DNA of 64,000 nucleotides from the NCBI GenBank assembly GCA_965213675.1, contig OZ243916.1, forward strand, positions 864,001 to 928,000, in the 5' to 3' direction. A model generated the notes under the pieces. The model ran no database searches, was not told where the DNA came from, and worked only from the letters and a program-made list of their open reading frames with translations. The position numbers and the translations under genes are program-made. Shown piece after piece: positions 42,093 to 51,935 of this stretch. This stretch comes from an uncultured Candidatus Binatia bacterium. GTDB taxonomy: Bacteria > Desulfobacterota > Binatia > UBA9968 > JAJDTQ01. Each line of letters opens with the position of its first letter. The first letter of the stretch is position 1.

Positions 42093-43256
42093 TCAAGAAC
42101 GCAACAACCTGTACCAGAGAGGCGTGCCCAGGGCCACCAGGAGGAAGAAAGCGCCGGCACCGGTGAACATCCATGCAAAACCCCACGTATCGGCCGCCCA
42201 GCCGAGGGCCAGTGGAAGGACCATGGGCGACATGTTCCAGCCAAGTCCGGTGGCTGCCATCACCGCCGAACGATCATCGGCGCGGCTGAGATCCACCGCC
42301 TGCACCTGGTTGAGGAGATCCGCCACCGCTCCGGCCATGCCCAGGCCGCCGATGCAAAGACACAGAAGCAGCCACCCCTCGCTCCAGGCGCTGGCCAGGA
42401 TGCACAGACCCAACCCGGCCATGCTGACCGCGTAGAAACCCTTTTCCCTTTCAATGGTAATCTCCGCGCCCAGGCCCAGGCCGATGGCCACCGGGCCGAC
42501 GGAGCGCACTGCGATGAGCACGCTGATCCAGCCTTCGGGGAAGGCGAGGCCGCTCATGTAGACCGGGTAGATGGACTGGGTGATGCCGAAGGGCACGGCC
42601 GCCGCGCACGAAGTGGAGATGAGCAGCCAGGTCCTGCCGCGGAGCAGGCGGCGGCTCATTCCCAAGGTGGTCTCCCACACGGAACGCCCGCCATGCACGC
42701 GGATGGGCGGGAGCACGAAGCCCAGCAACATGCCAAAGATCGACACCACGGTCACCAGCGCGAAGGTGTAGCCGTATCCCAACCAGCCCGCGAGAACTCC
42801 GCCCAGGGCCAAGCCCAACAACTGACCCGTGTAGTTGGCCGCCGACAGTTGCCCGAGCATCTTGCCGGGATAGCGACTGGAGAGCTGGCTCGCCATGGAC
42901 TGGGCCGGGACCCAGAACATGCTGCGCGAAAGGTTCGCCAAGGTGCTGGACAGCATCAGCGAGAAGAAGCCACCCGCGAGGGCCAGCGTGACCGCCGCCA
43001 GCACGTTCAGCGAATAGCACGCCTGGAGCATGCGATGCTCGCCGTAGCGGTCGGCCAGCGCGCCGCCGACGAAGCGCATGACGATGGTCAGCAAGTAGGG
43101 AAGCCCCACCAGAGACCCGATGTCGAGCACGGAGAGTCCCAGACTCACGCCGACGAGCGGCGTGAGCACGAACAACATGCCGTTGCCCAGGTTCCACAGA
43201 AGCGCGCCCGTGAAGAGGATTCCGCGCGCCGGTCGGATGCGGCCCGAATCGTTCAT
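42093..43256 (-). CDS. MFS transporter
   Basis: G.LADRYG motif A; about 12 TM segments. Confidence 0.88.
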   Translation of the reverse strand: MNDSGRIRPARGILFTGALLWNLGNGMLFVLTPLVGVSLGLSVLDIGSLVGLPYLLTIVMRFVGGALADRYGEHRMLQACYSLNVLAAVTLALAGGFFSLMLSSTLANLSRSMFWVPAQSMASQLSSRYPGKMLGQLSAANYTGQLLGLALGGVLAGWLGYGYTFALVTVVSIFGMLLGFVLPPIRVHGGRSVWETTLGMSRRLLRGRTWLLISTSCAAAVPFGITQSIYPVYMSGLAFPEGWISVLIAVRSVGPVAIGLGLGAEITIEREKGFYAVSMAGLGLCILASAWSEGWLLLCLCIGGLGMAGAVADLLNQVQAVDLSRADDRSAVMAATGLGWNMSPMVLPLALGWAADTWGFAWMFTGAGAFFLLVALGTPLWYRLLRS

Positions 43257-43290
43257 CGAGACGAGGGACGTGCGGGTATCCGCCGCGCCC

Positions 43291-44427
43291 TCATCCGTCC
43301 CGATCCAGGGCGTAATAGGCCGCGCAGTTGTCCCACAGGATCCTGTGCTTGTCTTCCTCGCTGATGGTGGAGAGTTCAAGGAAGCTTGCCACCGCGTGGG
43401 GAAACTTGGAGTCGCCGTGGGGATAGTCGGTGGAGAACACGATGCGTTCGTTCCCCAGATAGTCGATGACATACTTGACCGGCGCCTCGTCGGGCTCGAC
43501 GGAAACGAAGCACTGACGCTTGAAGTACTCGCTCGGCAGCATGGCCAGGTCCGGCGACCACACGTCGGCCTCCCTCTCGCACGCCTCGTCCATGCGCCAG
43601 AGGAGCCACGGCAACCAGCCGCAGTTGGCTTCCAGAAAAGCCACTCTCAGGTTCGGATGCCGCGCCAGCACGCCACCCGCGCACATGCTGCCCATGGCAA
43701 GCATCTGCTCCACGGGCTGGGCGAAGACACGCCGCAACATGAAGTTGGGCTCGAACTGATCACCCACCTGGCGCACGCCCGAGGACGAGGACTCGTGCAG
43801 CCCCAGGGGCATGTGGAGTTCTTCCAGCGCGCTCCAAAGGGGTTCATAGCAGGGGTCGTGGAAGTTGTGGGCGTTGACCGGATTCGAGCGCATGAAGATG
43901 CCCCGGAAACCCAGTTCCCGGGCGCATCGGGTGGCTTCGGTCACGGCCGCATCCACATCGAAGGAAGACAGCATGCCGGCCCCCAGCAAGCGCGCGGGGT
44001 CGGCGGCGCAGAAATCGTGAAGCCAGTTGTTGTAGGCCCGCGCCACCGCGGCGGCAAACTCCGGCTCCATGTCCGCTTCGCTCAGCGCCTGGAGCCCGCG
44101 CGTGGGATAGAGTACCGCCACATCGATGCCTTCGATGTCCATGGCTTCCAGTTGCACCTCCGGCGTCCATCCGCGCTCCGCATGGGTACCGTAGATGCCC
44201 TGGTTCTTCTGAAAGTTGTGCCCCCGAGTGACGTTGCCGGCGTGGACCGCGGGAAGGCCCCACAGCCTTCCGTCCGGATGGACCATGCGCAGGTCGCGCA
44301 CGTTGTCGCTGGTGACCCCGCGCGGCGCGTAGGGCCTGAACTCCGGCTCCAGGTACGTCTCCCACAGATCCGGCGGCTCCATGATGTGCATGTCGCTGTC
44401 AAGCACCTGGTATCCATTCTTGGCCAT
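43291..44427 (-). CDS. Amidohydrolase_2 family protein
   Basis: DSDMH..EP, YN.WL, HP.LRVAFLE and STDYPH.D motifs. Confidence 0.9.
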   Translation of the reverse strand: MAKNGYQVLDSDMHIMEPPDLWETYLEPEFRPYAPRGVTSDNVRDLRMVHPDGRLWGLPAVHAGNVTRGHNFQKNQGIYGTHAERGWTPEVQLEAMDIEGIDVAVLYPTRGLQALSEADMEPEFAAAVARAYNNWLHDFCAADPARLLGAGMLSSFDVDAAVTEATRCARELGFRGIFMRSNPVNAHNFHDPCYEPLWSALEELHMPLGLHESSSSGVRQVGDQFEPNFMLRRVFAQPVEQMLAMGSMCAGGVLARHPNLRVAFLEANCGWLPWLLWRMDEACEREADVWSPDLAMLPSEYFKRQCFVSVEPDEAPVKYVIDYLGNERIVFSTDYPHGDSKFPHAVASFLELSTISEEDKHRILWDNCAAYYALDRDG

Positions 44428-44478
44428 CGGTTTCTCCCGTCGTGCCAGTGTTCATGGGTAAGAACGCCAGGACCCGGA

Positions 44479-44853
44479 CTATCCCTTCCACGCGCCCCAC
44501 GCCAAGCTGAGCCAGCCCAACAGGAAGGCGAGCCCGCCGATGGGTGTGATCGCGCCCAGCCAGCGGACGCCGGAAAGGCTCAGGACGTAAAGGCTGCCGG
44601 AGAACACCAGCGTACCGAAGACGAACGACCAGCCCGCCACCAGGAACTCCGGTCGGGGCCAACGCCCGAACGCCAGAGCCACCGCCACCAGTCCCAAGGC
44701 GTGGTACATGTGATAGCGCACGCCGACCTCGAAGATGTCGTACATCTCGACGGACAATCTGCCGCGCAGCGCGTGAGCGGCAAACGCGCCGAGCGCGACA
44801 CCGATGAACCCGGACAAGGAACCCAGCAGCAGGAACAGACGATCAGCGCCCAC
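44479..44853 (-). CDS. DUF423 (YgdD/TMEM256) membrane protein
   Basis: LGAFAAH, YH..HA, FSGSLY and GAITPIGG motifs. Confidence 0.92.
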   Translation of the reverse strand: MGADRLFLLLGSLSGFIGVALGAFAAHALRGRLSVEMYDIFEVGVRYHMYHALGLVAVALAFGRWPRPEFLVAGWSFVFGTLVFSGSLYVLSLSGVRWLGAITPIGGLAFLLGWLSLAWGAWKG

Positions 44854-45170
44854 GGAAACTCCGGCGTATGGCTCTGGCCTTCGGCATGCGATGCCAAACA
44901 GGATAGCCGCCGGCCGTCCTCCCGAAGCCTTCGGAGGGGGTGCCCGAGCGACCCGCGTAGTCTTCCACACGGACACCGCGATTGCAACGCAGCCACAGGA
45001 ATGGCGCTCGGCAATACCCCGGCGCCTCCGCCATGCGCGGCGCTCCAAGACTCGACGGACCCTGGCGCCGGGGATGGACAATTCAGTCGCCTTGGGCTAC
45101 TCTATCGCAACACAAGCCGGGTTCGTTCGGATTTCGCGAAAGGGGGTTTGGTGCACGCCACACACGGTTT

Positions 45171-45392
45171 ATGAGTAAACAAGACAATATAGAGGTTTCG
45201 GGTACGGTGAGGGAGAGCCTTCCCAACGCCATGTTCAAGGTCGAGCTGGACAACAAGCACAACGTACTTGCCTACACCGCGGGCAAGATGCGCAAGTTCT
45301 ACATCAAGATTCTGCCCGGAGACCGGGTGACCCTCGAACTGTCGCCCTATGATTTGAGCCGCGGCCGGATCACCTACCGGCATCGCAACTGA
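45171..45392 (+). CDS. infA: Translation initiation factor IF-1
   Basis: LPNAMF.VEL, GKMR, I.ILPGDRV and SPYDL.RGRI.YR motifs. Confidence 0.97.
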   Translation: MSKQDNIEVSGTVRESLPNAMFKVELDNKHNVLAYTAGKMRKFYIKILPGDRVTLELSPYDLSRGRITYRHRN

Positions 45393-45461
45393 CCCACCGG
45401 CGCACGCGCAAGCCAAGCTGGCGTCCCGCGTGCACCACCGGATACGACAATCCCAGAAGCT

Positions 45462-45622
45462 TGCGCCGCAGGAATTCGCCAAGGCGAACATCCGCTATCG
45501 CCGTCCCTTCGGACGGTCGATTGCGGAGAATTTCATATCCTGTTTGACGAAATCGAGCGGCCGAAGTGACGAATGAGAGCGGATTTGCAGCCGTGAATTC
45601 CTGCGGCGCAGACACCACACTA
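45462..45622. mobile_element. ~160-bp palindromic element of a second MITE-like subfamily
   Basis: 16-bp inverted repeat TGCGCCGCAGGAATTC (45462-45477 / 45595-45610); right end CAGACACCACACTA identical to the 163-bp MITE end. Confidence 0.7.
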
Positions 45623-46969
45623 GGCGGCGGGCATGCGTTCCATGAGGTCGCGGCGCGCGGCCTGCGCGCGCCGGATGACGGTCTCTTCGTCGAGCAGGGT
45701 GCAGCGGCGTCCGCGCATCAGCACCTGGCCGTCGGCTACCACCGTGTCTACGTCGGTGGCCTTGGCGCAATGCACCAACTGGCTCACCAGGTCGTTGACA
45801 GGCTGGAAATGCGGCTTGTCCACATCCACCAGAATCAGGTCCGCGCGCTTGCCCGCCTCCACGGTGCCGCACACCGGACCGAGCCCGAGCGCGTGGGCGC
45901 CATCCACCGTGGCCATGCGCAGGACACTGTAAGGGTCGATGACGCCAGCGTCCTGGTGCTTGACCTTCTGCAGCAGCGACGCCGCCTTCATGGTCTCGAA
46001 CAGGTCCTGTCCGTGGTTGCTCGCCGCGCCGTCCGTGCCCAGACCCACCCGGACGCCGGCCGCCAGCATCTCCACCACGGGCGCGATGCCGTCGCCCAGC
46101 ATCATGTTGCTCACCGGGTTGTGCGAAACAGCCGTGCGGGTCTCCGCCAAGTGGCGAATTTCGTCGTTGGAGAGGTGGACGCTATGGGCGAAGATGGCGT
46201 CCTCGCCGGGGATGGCGAAGTCCTTCAGGTGCTCCACCACGCCCGCGCGGTTCAGCGTCCGGCGCGTCACCTCCACCACGGATTGCGATTCCGCCACGTG
46301 GGCGCTGATGCCGATGGAGTGGGCATCGGCGAACCGGCGGATCTCCCGCAGCAGGTCGGGCGAGGCATTGATGGGCGGCGTGTTGGGGCCGGTGCGGAAG
46401 GTCAGTAGCGGTGGACGTTGGGGCGCGTCGCCCATCAACTCCTCGATGCGTGCGAAGGCCGTCTCCGGGGTCTCTCTGGTGCAGTCCGGCACGATCTCTC
46501 CGGTGTCCATGATCGTGCGCGCGAACACGCTGCGCAAACCCGACCGGGAAATGGCGTCCACCGTCGCCACGGCGCACTCCGGGCCCGGGTTCAGGAAATT
46601 GTGCTCGCAGATGGTGGTGACGCCGCCCTTGAGATTCTCGAGACAACCGAGCAGCGCGCCCGCGGCCGCATGCTCCGGATTCAGCACCCGCGCCACCCCG
46701 TAGATGCGCTTGAGCCAATCGAGAAACGGCATGTCCTCCCACACGGCCCGCAGGAGCACCTGGTAGAGATGGGTGTGGGCATTGACCAGCCCGGGGAGAA
46801 GCACCTTGCCGCGGCCGTCGATGCGCGTCTCCCCGTCCCGCGCCGGCGCCTCACCCTTGTCCACCGCCGCGATGACCCCGTCCACGGCCGTCACGTAACC
46901 CGATTCGATGACCGCCTCGCGACCGGTCATGGGGAGAATCGTACAATCCGTGATGGTTGTGGTATCCAT
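45620..46969 (-). CDS. Amidohydrolase (MtaD-like nucleoside deaminase family)
   Basis: PGLVNAHTH, H.AE, HNPVSN, LGTDG..SN and GKRAD motifs. Confidence 0.9.
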   Translation of the reverse strand: MDTTTITDCTILPMTGREAVIESGYVTAVDGVIAAVDKGEAPARDGETRIDGRGKVLLPGLVNAHTHLYQVLLRAVWEDMPFLDWLKRIYGVARVLNPEHAAAGALLGCLENLKGGVTTICEHNFLNPGPECAVATVDAISRSGLRSVFARTIMDTGEIVPDCTRETPETAFARIEELMGDAPQRPPLLTFRTGPNTPPINASPDLLREIRRFADAHSIGISAHVAESQSVVEVTRRTLNRAGVVEHLKDFAIPGEDAIFAHSVHLSNDEIRHLAETRTAVSHNPVSNMMLGDGIAPVVEMLAAGVRVGLGTDGAASNHGQDLFETMKAASLLQKVKHQDAGVIDPYSVLRMATVDGAHALGLGPVCGTVEAGKRADLILVDVDKPHFQPVNDLVSQLVHCAKATDVDTVVADGQVLMRGRRCTLLDEETVIRRAQAARRDLMERMPAA

Positions 46970-47038
46970 GGCCGTTCCCAGGCAAGCGGCGCAGCGCCGC
47001 CCCCTTTGAGCTCGCAGTCCCGCCGGCGCGGACCGTGT

Positions 47039-47302
47039 TCAGGAGTCCCGTGTCCTCCGTTCGTGCGCCTCGTTGACCTTGAGCACGCGCCCCTGAAGCT
47101 CCGTGCCGTTCAAGGCCTCCATGGCCGCCTGGGCCTCGGCGTCCGAGCCCATCTCGACGAATCCGAAACCGCGCGACCGGCCGGAAAAGCGGTCGGTCAC
47201 GATCCGCGCCGAAGCTACTTCGCCGTGTGCCGCGAAAAGCTCCTGCAGCTCGGCCTCGGTCACGGCGTAGGGCAGTCCGCTCACGTATAGTCTGTCACCC
47301 AT
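47039..47302 (-). CDS. RRM-domain RNA-binding protein (no Gly-rich tail)
   Basis: LYVSGL, RGFGFVEM and LKVNEA motifs. Confidence 0.94.
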   Translation of the reverse strand: MGDRLYVSGLPYAVTEAELQELFAAHGEVASARIVTDRFSGRSRGFGFVEMGSDAEAQAAMEALNGTELQGRVLKVNEAHERRTRDS

Positions 47303-47368
47303 GGCACACCCCCTGTTGGATGTCCGAACACCGTGTTCGAACGTGACATCAGCAAGGCAAACGGCCCG

Positions 47369-47397
47369 ATCTTATCGCCATGCAGCCGGCAATGCAA
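47369..47397 (-). promoter_or_regulatory. Sigma70-type promoter of the second RRM gene
   Basis: TTGCAT-N17-TAAGAT. Confidence 0.6.
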
Positions 47398-47521
47398 ACG
47401 TAGGCACGCCACGGGAAAGGCTCCGCTGCCTGCGAGGCCGACGGTGTTCGTCCCGATCCGGCCGGAGTTCAAGGATGCGTGGACGGCGCCGGTCCGGGGC
47501 CGTCCTTCACGACGGCATCCC

Positions 47522-48640
47522 TCAAGCCTGCGCCGCCCGGCGCACCGCCGCGACCACGCAATCCAACAGTTCTTCGGGCCGGTCCACGGCCATTTCCATC
47601 CTCAGGGCCAGCACGCGTCCGGTGGAGAAGGGAAACCGCGCCAGCTTGACGTAGTCCTTCTCGGTGGTGACGATTTTCTCGGCTGGGTGCCGGTTGATTT
47701 CGCGCCAGTCTCCCTCGGAGTACGCATGATGGTCGGGATACTCAAGCGTATCCACGATGATCGCCTCGCACTCATGGAGCATGGCGTAGAACGGCTCCGG
47801 GTCGGCGACCCCGGCCACGGCCAGGCAGCGGGCGCCGGCGAGGGCGCCGAGGGTCAACTCGCGGTGGCCGGACTCGGTGCTTGCGAGTGTCGCGCGCGCC
47901 TTCCGCTCCGCGAAAAAAACCCTCGAAGAGTCGAAAAAGCCATCCAGCCGGGTCCGCCAGCGATCATGCGCTCCGGTCACCAACACGACATGGGCGCGGC
48001 GCAGCGCCCCGAGCGGTTCGCGAAACGGTCCCGCGGGAAGGAGCGAGCCCTCGCAGTCGGAACCCACGAGGACGACATCGAGATCCCGCCGGAGCCGCCG
48101 GTGCTGGAATCCATCGTCCAGCAGGAAGAGGTTCGCCTTCCGCGGATCCCCAGCCGCCTCCAGGCCGACGCGGTGGCGATCAGCGCCCACCCCCACGCGT
48201 TGCCCGTACAGGGCGCTCATCATGGCCGGTTCGTCGCCATGGACCAGGAGCGTGCCCGCGGCCTCGTCGAACCATCTCCCGGCATCCTCGGGTTCGATGA
48301 CGGTCGGCCGGCCGGCGCCGCCGTAGCCGCGCGTCAGGATGGTCGGCTGGAAGCCGCGGCGCTGCAGCGCCTGGGACAGCCACAGGACCGTCGGGGTCTT
48401 GCCGGCGCCGCCCACCGTCAGGTTGCCCACGCTCACCACCGGAAGCGGAAGTTCGCGGACACGCAGCACCCCGGCCGTGTACAACCCGTTCCGCAGCCCC
48501 ATCGCCATCCGGTAGACCAGGCTCCACGGCCACAACAACAGCCACAGAATGCCAGCGGTCGCGCCACGCCGCCGCCAGATATCCCGGACCCACCGTGTCA
48601 GGATACCCGTGTGGCGTTTTACGAAAACGTTGACAAACAT
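47522..48640 (-). CDS. lpxK: Tetraacyldisaccharide 4'-kinase
   Basis: VGNL.VGG.GKTP, RGYG, GDEP, DDGFQH, PAGP.RE, DHH and TTEKD motifs; start uncertain. Confidence 0.94.
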   Translation of the reverse strand: MFVNVFVKRHTGILTRWVRDIWRRRGATAGILWLLLWPWSLVYRMAMGLRNGLYTAGVLRVRELPLPVVSVGNLTVGGAGKTPTVLWLSQALQRRGFQPTILTRGYGGAGRPTVIEPEDAGRWFDEAAGTLLVHGDEPAMMSALYGQRVGVGADRHRVGLEAAGDPRKANLFLLDDGFQHRRLRRDLDVVLVGSDCEGSLLPAGPFREPLGALRRAHVVLVTGAHDRWRTRLDGFFDSSRVFFAERKARATLASTESGHRELTLGALAGARCLAVAGVADPEPFYAMLHECEAIIVDTLEYPDHHAYSEGDWREINRHPAEKIVTTEKDYVKLARFPFSTGRVLALRMEMAVDRPEELLDCVVAAVRRAAQA

Positions 48641-48812
48641 CCTTGTCCTTTTCGCCGTCGGCTGCGTCGCGTCACCCCGGGCTTGACCCGGGAACCTCCT
48701 GGCGTGGCGCCCAGCGGGTCGCCCCGGCCCTGGACTTGAGAGCCGTGGGCCTTATCGAATCGCAAGGAGAGGCGGAGGGCGGTTTCGCGCCGCATGGACC
48801 CATTTTTCTCCC

Positions 48813-50141
48813 TCATGGTAGAATCGTGATGGACCCGACAGGTTCCCGGCCAAGGCCGCCCCCCGACGCGCCGCGCGCGAGTTGCCGGCTCACCAGTCGC
48901 ATGCTGCGCGACAGGACGTCCGTGTCCGCCACCGCCGCCTGCGCGGCGGCGCGGCCCATGGCCGCCGCCCGGGCGGGTGCCGCCAGCAGGTCGCCGATCA
49001 CTGCCTGGAGGTCCTCGGAGCCGTGTACTTCGACGCCCCCGCCACTTTCCAGGAGCGCGCGCGCCACCGCCGCGACGTTGGCGTGATGGGGCCCGAACAG
49101 CACCGGCTTGGCCCAACGCGCCGGCTCCAGGAGATTGTGTCCTCCCACCGGGACCAGCGTCCCCCCCACGAACGCGACATCGGCGCAGCCGTACACGCGC
49201 GGCAACTCGCCCAGAGTATCCCACAACAGCACGCCGACCTCCCCGGACGGGATGCCCTCCGCCTGGCTTCGCCTGCAGAAACGCAGTTCGCGTTGCCGCA
49301 GCAGGCGTCCCACCTCGGCGAACCGCTCCGGATGCCTCGGGGCGAGGATCATCAACAGCCGCGGGAAACGGCGGCGCAACCCGGGAAGGACATCCAGCAG
49401 CATCTCCTCCTCACCCTTGTGGGTGCTGCCCGCCACCAGCACGGGACCCGGGCCGAAGCCGGGCAGATCCGCGGGGGGCTCCGCCCCCGCGGCATGGGGG
49501 ACGTGCTTCAGGGAACCCGTGACCGTGACCCGGGCCGGATCCACGCCCAGATCGAGCAGGCGGCGCGCGTTCTCTTCGTCCTGCATGCCGAAGGCGGACA
49601 CCCGCTCCAGCACGGGCCGGAAGAGCCGCCGGAACCGCTTGAAGAGAGCCGCGCCGCGCGGCGACAAGCGGCCGCTGAGCACCACCAGAGGAATGCGCCG
49701 CCGGTGCGCCGCAAGGATGAAATTGGGCCAGATCTCGGTTTCCAGCACGACGATGACTTCCGGGCGAAGACGCCGGAGGCTGCGCGACACCAGCCACGGC
49801 AGGTCCAGAGGCAGGTAGGTGACGGCGTCCACCTGAGGAAGGGTCTCCCATCCCGTCTGCCGGCCGGTGGCCGTGGCGGTGGACAGCAGCAGCTTGCGTT
49901 CCGGCCAGCGCGACTTCATGCACTGGAACAGTGCCGCGGCTGAACGCACTTCGCCCACGGAGGCGGCATGGACCCAGATGGGGCGGGAACCGGCGAGCGC
50001 GTCGCCCAGCGCCGCCGGATAGGCGGCAAAACGCTCGCACAGGCCCCGATACGGCCGCCGCGGGAGAACGAACAGCAACGGCCACGCCACGAGCGCCAGC
50101 GCGAGGCCCGCGTGCCACACCGCATTGTAGAGGCTCAACAC
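48813..50141 (-). CDS. waaA: 3-deoxy-D-manno-octulosonic acid transferase
   Basis: WVHAASVGE, ETEIWPN, AGSTH, PRHPERF and GGHN.LEP motifs. Confidence 0.95.
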   Translation of the reverse strand: MLSLYNAVWHAGLALALVAWPLLFVLPRRPYRGLCERFAAYPAALGDALAGSRPIWVHAASVGEVRSAAALFQCMKSRWPERKLLLSTATATGRQTGWETLPQVDAVTYLPLDLPWLVSRSLRRLRPEVIVVLETEIWPNFILAAHRRRIPLVVLSGRLSPRGAALFKRFRRLFRPVLERVSAFGMQDEENARRLLDLGVDPARVTVTGSLKHVPHAAGAEPPADLPGFGPGPVLVAGSTHKGEEEMLLDVLPGLRRRFPRLLMILAPRHPERFAEVGRLLRQRELRFCRRSQAEGIPSGEVGVLLWDTLGELPRVYGCADVAFVGGTLVPVGGHNLLEPARWAKPVLFGPHHANVAAVARALLESGGGVEVHGSEDLQAVIGDLLAAPARAAAMGRAAAQAAVADTDVLSRSMRLVSRQLARGASGGGLGREPVGSITILP

Positions 50142-50183
50142 CCGTTCCGGCTCCGTCCGTTGTGGTCCGCCGGGAGGGCGGCC

Positions 50184-51935
50184 TCAGTGCAGGTACTTCC
50201 CTTCCGTGGCGCTGCCTTCCACGGTTTGCAAGTGATAGAGGCGGCTGTACTCCTTGCGCCGGGCCAGCAGATCCCTGTGGGTACCCTCCTCCACCACGGT
50301 GCCCTTGGCAAGAACCACGATGCGCGTCGCGTTGCGAATGGTGGACATGCGATGAGCGATGACGAGACTCGTGCGGTTCTTCATGAGTTCGTCGAGGGCG
50401 TCCTGCACGAGCCGCTCCGACTCGGAGTCAAGGGCGGATGTGGCTTCATCGAGGATCAGGATCGGCGCATCCTTGAGCACGGCGCGGGCGATGGCGATGC
50501 GCTGCCGCTGTCCCCCGGACAGCTTCAGGCCCAGTTCCCCCAGCACCGTATCGTAACCCATGGGCAACTCCATGATGAAGTCGTGGGCATGAGCCGCCCG
50601 GGCGGCGCGGATGATCTCGTCCATGTCCTTGGAGGGATCGCCGTAGGAGATGTTGTTTCTCACGCTGTCGTTGAAGAGAAAGGTGTGCTGGGTCACGATG
50701 GCGATCTGACGCCGGAGCGATGCCAGGGTGATCCTGTGAATTTCCCTCCCGTCGAGGGTGATGCTGCCCGAAGTCACGTCGTAGAAGCGCGGCAACAGAG
50801 CCGAGAGCGTGGTCTTGCCCGAACCGCTCGTGCCCACCAGGGCCACCGTCTCGCCACGCCGTATCTCCAGGTCGACGTCCTTGAGGACGGGATCCTCGCG
50901 ATATCCGAAGGTCACTTCCGAGAACACGATGCGGTCGGAAAACCGTTGGATGGGAACCGCGCCGGGATGGTCGGCGACGTCCAGCGGCGCGTCCAGCACG
51001 TCGAAGATGCGCTCGCCCCCGGCGATGCCCTGATGGATCTCCGGAAGCGTACGGCTCAGGTGCTTGAAGGGTTCGTAGACGAGGAACATCGCGGTGATGA
51101 AGGCGAAGAACTCGCCGGCGGTGCGCCCTCCCGCCATGACCGAGTTGCCCCCGTACCAGAGAACCCCCGCCATGCCGAGGCCCGCCAGCATCTCCATGAC
51201 CGACGGAATGATGGCGCGGGCGCGGCTCGCCTTCATGCTGTGGCGCAGCACTTCCCGATTCTCCCGGTTGAAGCGGTCCAGCTCGTACTGCTCCATGCCG
51301 AAGGCCTTCACGATGGGGCTGCCCTGGAGGCTCTCCTGCAGGATCGCGGCGAGGGTTCCGGTACTGGCCTGGCTGCGCCGGGTGGACCTGCGGACGCGCC
51401 CGGTGAGCCGCCGCACGGGAAGAACCGCGCCGGGAAACGCGATGAAGGCGATGGTCGCCAACACCCAGTCCATGTAGAAGGCCACCAAGGTCAACGCCGT
51501 CACCGATGTCGTGTTGCGCGCCAGCGAGGCGACGGCGCTGGTGAGCGCGACGCGCACCAGACTCACGTCGCTCGTGACCCGGGAGAGCAGCGTTCCCGTG
51601 GGATTGCGATGGATGTAGGCGAGCGAGAGCCACTGGAGCTTTCCGCACAACGCGGAACGCAGGTCGCGAATGATCCGATGGCCGACGTAGTCCATCAGAT
51701 AGGTCTGGCCGAAGTTGGACGCCCCGCGAAAGGCGAACACCAACACCACCAGGAAAGGAATGTAGAGCAGCATCCCGGAGTCCTGGGCCACGAACATCCG
51801 GTCCACCATGTCCCGCACGACGAACGGAAGCGCCGCGGTGGAGGCGCTGAACAGCAGCATGCACACGATGGCGACGCAGAAGTGCGGCCACACGTACGGC
51901 TGCAGAAATCCGAGCAAACGCCGGTAGGGCGTCAT
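50184..51935 (-). CDS. msbA: Lipid A export ABC transporter
   Basis: TMD plus GTSGSGKT, LSGGQRQR and DEATSALD; lpx context. Confidence 0.9.
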   Translation of the reverse strand: MTPYRRLLGFLQPYVWPHFCVAIVCMLLFSASTAALPFVVRDMVDRMFVAQDSGMLLYIPFLVVLVFAFRGASNFGQTYLMDYVGHRIIRDLRSALCGKLQWLSLAYIHRNPTGTLLSRVTSDVSLVRVALTSAVASLARNTTSVTALTLVAFYMDWVLATIAFIAFPGAVLPVRRLTGRVRRSTRRSQASTGTLAAILQESLQGSPIVKAFGMEQYELDRFNRENREVLRHSMKASRARAIIPSVMEMLAGLGMAGVLWYGGNSVMAGGRTAGEFFAFITAMFLVYEPFKHLSRTLPEIHQGIAGGERIFDVLDAPLDVADHPGAVPIQRFSDRIVFSEVTFGYREDPVLKDVDLEIRRGETVALVGTSGSGKTTLSALLPRFYDVTSGSITLDGREIHRITLASLRRQIAIVTQHTFLFNDSVRNNISYGDPSKDMDEIIRAARAAHAHDFIMELPMGYDTVLGELGLKLSGGQRQRIAIARAVLKDAPILILDEATSALDSESERLVQDALDELMKNRTSLVIAHRMSTIRNATRIVVLAKGTVVEEGTHRDLLARRKEYSRLYHLQTVEGSATEGKYLH

